This document shows positions 61,769-64,000 of a stretch of DNA of 64,000 nt, piece after piece (positions within the stretch are counted from its first letter, which is position 1; every line of letters begins with the position of its first letter). Source of the stretch: Candidatus Woesearchaeota archaeon (lineage in GTDB: Archaea > Nanobdellota > Nanobdellia > Woesearchaeales > SKIA01); NCBI GenBank assembly GCA_043771635.1, contig JAYVHA010000017.1:36761-100760 (forward strand). The letters are read 5' to 3'. Position numbers and translations under genes: made by a program. The notes below the pieces were generated by a model. It was given only the letters and a program-made list of their open reading frames with translations. It had not been told where the DNA came from and searched no databases.

Positions 61769-63285
61769 CAAGTATTATTGTAGAGTACGCTTGTGGAGTT
61801 TTCTGCGAGTTCGTAGCAGCCGCCGAAGGTATATTGGGGTTGAACTTCGCCTACGTGGATGTACAGCGGGCGTGGATATCGTTTTAGATATTCTTCGCGA
61901 TTTGTGTAATTCCAGAAGTCGTCCCATTCAGATCTATGCATTTTATTGTCATTAAACAACCCAGGGCTTACAATAGGGCGATCAACCCATCCTTTGAGCC
62001 ACGCGCCATAATACTTATCCGTTGCTAAAACGGTGGCGTTAGCTTCAATTTCCGAATTAATTGTTTGTATTGAGTGCCACTCAGCATCAGAAATAAGTGG
62101 CAAGCTATTGTTCGCGTGCGCAAAAGCTTGCATAGCTCCGAGCGCAAGTAGTCCGTAGACAATAAAGGCGCCTATGCGTTTCGTGCTAGTAATGACGGTA
62201 AGCATACCAAGCGAGGCAAAGATGATCACAAATATGTCCAAATAGCTAATGAAGCGATTATAGGCAAAGAAAGAAGCAATAACCATTGTCGTAGCGATAA
62301 GTCCCATTACACTTACGCCTGGGCGTGCTCGCCAGTGCCACACGCCAATAATTGCAAAGGGAATATACACTAGGCTCAGTAACGCGTAACTTGTAACATC
62401 GAAGAAGCTGCCGCCGCCGGCGCCACCAGCAAATCCTGTAACTGTCGCAAGCAGCTGCGGCAAAAATAAGGCAAAAATTCTATCATAGTTAGTCAAGCAA
62501 ATTAGCCCAACCATAAGCACGCCGTTACCCAAAGCCCAGAAGTTCTGTTTGCGTGTGCGCTTAAATGCGCTCCAAGAAATCAATACTATGTACGTCGCGC
62601 CAAAAAGAAATAGCGCGACTTGATGCGTCCCGCCAATTAAGACTCCCGTAATAATCAGTTGCCAATGGAATCGGTCATTATCTTCAATAAACAATAACGA
62701 AAACAGTAATACAAGAATGCCAATTACGTTTTTGTAATAATTATACCAAAATGTCTCGAATTGCGTAATAGAAATAGCAAAAAGTATGGAAGCAATCACT
62801 GCAGCATCCTTAGAATACAGCCGTCGAACAATTAAATACACAGCAACAACAGTACTTGCAGAAAACGCAATAAACACAGGTACAAGTACGGCGTAGGTAC
62901 CAACAAGCATGGTGATTCCACTAAAAAGCAGCAAAAACGGCAACGGAAACACGGATTTAATCCAGTCTTCAGAGAATGGATGCGAAAATGCAAAAGCGTG
63001 TATGCCAGGGTCATATCCTAAAGGCACAGAAGTATACAAGTAAGGCAATACTCGAACAAATATAGCAAGACCAACTGCCAGATACGCGAGCCAGTGCGGA
63101 ACATGAACTTTTTTCCATTTAGGTTGCAAAGCAATGCCGAGTACACCTAAAACAATCGCAAAAATTATCAAAACAACTGGGCGTATTTGTACTAGTGACG
63201 CGTTATACAATAGAACCGCAATCACATAAACTAATAGTAAGTACACCAGGCTCGAGCGAATTGTGTCCGACAATTCTTTATTCAT
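61765..63285 (-). CDS. Polytopic membrane protein with a C-terminal soluble domain (GT-C-like candidate)
   Basis: It has about 12 TM helices, a first-loop 'GYDPGIHAF' and a C-terminal ~110-aa hydrophilic domain. There is no WWDYG motif. Confidence 0.5.
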   Translation of the reverse strand: MNKELSDTIRSSLVYLLLVYVIAVLLYNASLVQIRPVVLIIFAIVLGVLGIALQPKWKKVHVPHWLAYLAVGLAIFVRVLPYLYTSVPLGYDPGIHAFAFSHPFSEDWIKSVFPLPFLLLFSGITMLVGTYAVLVPVFIAFSASTVVAVYLIVRRLYSKDAAVIASILFAISITQFETFWYNYYKNVIGILVLLFSLLFIEDNDRFHWQLIITGVLIGGTHQVALFLFGATYIVLISWSAFKRTRKQNFWALGNGVLMVGLICLTNYDRIFALFLPQLLATVTGFAGGAGGGSFFDVTSYALLSLVYIPFAIIGVWHWRARPGVSVMGLIATTMVIASFFAYNRFISYLDIFVIIFASLGMLTVITSTKRIGAFIVYGLLALGAMQAFAHANNSLPLISDAEWHSIQTINSEIEANATVLATDKYYGAWLKGWVDRPIVSPGLFNDNKMHRSEWDDFWNYTNREEYLKRYPRPLYIHVGEVQPQYTFGGCYELAENSTSVLYNNTC

Positions 63286-64000
63286 GAAAGGGTGAGCTCC
63301 ATGGAGCTAACAGAAACATTACCATTTCCCTTCAATGTAATAATGCCTGTGAATCCTGCTTGATTTACATTAACAATAGGATTGTTTCGAACTAGAACGT
63401 CTCCATTCTCCGTGTTAACAAAAACGTAGGGCGTCCAGGTACTTCCTTCAACGGACGCTTGATTGAATCCCGACAATATAATATTCCCTTTTGGTATGAC
63501 AACACGGTACTGCCCTGCTGTTAGAGTAGTATTATACACTACAGTTCGGTTCGAAATATTAACGATTTGATTGTTCACAGTTATTGCTTGGCGTGACCTG
63601 TCGTGGTAGGTCGAAGCTTTGAGTATACACTTGTTAGAGCATAATACAGTCAAATTTATTGGTGACAAAGCAAAGACTTGTCCCATAAATACTGCGGGTC
63701 CGTTTGAGAGGGATAAGTTATAGTTATAATCGGAGCCGTTACTGTTTGCGATAGTGCGAAGTTCGTAGATACTGTCGCTTAGATTTGTGAAAGTAGCATT
63801 GTGTGAGGATCCGGAGGCGTTTCTAGTCAAATTAACGTATCCGTCATCGCCAACCGTCACAGACTGCGTAGCGCCAGAAACCAAATCGGTCAAAACGAGC
63901 GTTAAATTGTCTTCTCCAGTGTACATGTTGAAGTCTTGCTTTACAACGTCAACAGTCAAAGAATCATTTGCATACACAACTAGTCGGTGAGTGCCTCGCA
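63282..64000 (-). CDS. Sequon-dense secreted or surface protein, probably 5'-truncated by the window edge
   Basis: The frame stays open upstream of the GTG at 63977 through to position 64000. There are about 13 N-x-S/T sequons in 231 aa. There is a 4-nt overlap with the downstream membrane-protein gene. Confidence 0.55.
   Translation of the reverse strand, partial: RGTHRLVVYANDSLTVDVVKQDFNMYTGEDNLTLVLTDLVSGATQSVTVGDDGYVNLTRNASGSSHNATFTNLSDSIYELRTIANSNGSDYNYNLSLSNGPAVFMGQVFALSPINLTVLCSNKCILKASTYHDRSRQAITVNNQIVNISNRTVVYNTTLTAGQYRVVIPKGNIILSGFNQASVEGSTWTPYVFVNTENGDVLVRNNPIVNVNQAGFTGIITLKGNGNVSVSSMELTLS

Noticed and set aside
1-64000. CRISPR arrays, rRNA genes, integrase/transposase genes, and reverse transcriptase/DGR or retron components
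   Set aside because: I found no regularly spaced direct repeats with unique spacers, and no rRNA-like conserved stretches. I also found no ORF with integrase (R..H.R..Y), DDE or YxDD motifs. This is a by-eye assessment only.

Overview
The window reads as an archaeal chromosome segment, probably from a small-genome, DPANN-like archaeon. That lineage guess is inference only. Four lines of evidence point to Archaea: (1) A/T-rich TATA boxes are centred about 25-30 nt upstream of nearly every first-in-unit start codon and of all four tRNA genes. (2) There are class III (prepilin-type) signal peptides of the archaeal 'RRG|ISPLIATVLLL' kind. (3) The tRNA genes lack an encoded CCA. (4) Several typically archaeal genes are present: a DUF1616-like membrane protein, CBS+Zn-ribbon proteins and an archaetidylserine synthase/decarboxylase pair. 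I support about 70 CDS and 4 tRNAs (Leu-UAA, Thr-GGU, Val-UAC, Ser-GGA). I found no rRNA, no CRISPR array, and no integrase, transposase or reverse transcriptase. Recognisable content falls into six groups. (a) An alpha-glucan operon combines a eukaryote-type GT3 glycogen synthase, a GT4/5 synthase, GH57 and two small paralogous proteins. (b) Housekeeping genes include metK (bacterial type), metG, tmk, an ABC exporter, NDH-2, pssA/psd and mgtC. (c) Two toxin-antitoxin pairs are present (VapBC, HEPN-MNT). (d) A free-standing LAGLIDADG endonuclease sits next to tRNA-Ser. (e) A 1634-aa surface protein is butt-joined to a 707-aa class III signal-peptide protein. (f) An AT-rich surface-glycosylation island begins at about 54.3 kb and runs off the window. 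The best candidates for something undescribed are these. First, the same-strand block 8460-14149, centred on an endonuclease IV-type TIM barrel whose nine metal-ligand motifs are all present but are split by an insertion of about 285-300 residues, with three partners that have no recognisable motifs. Second, the giant-protein/pilin-like pair at 30818-37846. Third, the three-gene operon 40649-42278 (two paralogous unknown proteins plus a membrane protein). Fourth, the ORF-free 590-bp dyad-rich segment between tRNA-Ser and a degenerate copy of its 3' end. All calls come from reading the sequence and ORF translations by eye. No database search, HMM, folding or statistics program was run, so family names are motif-based and unverified.
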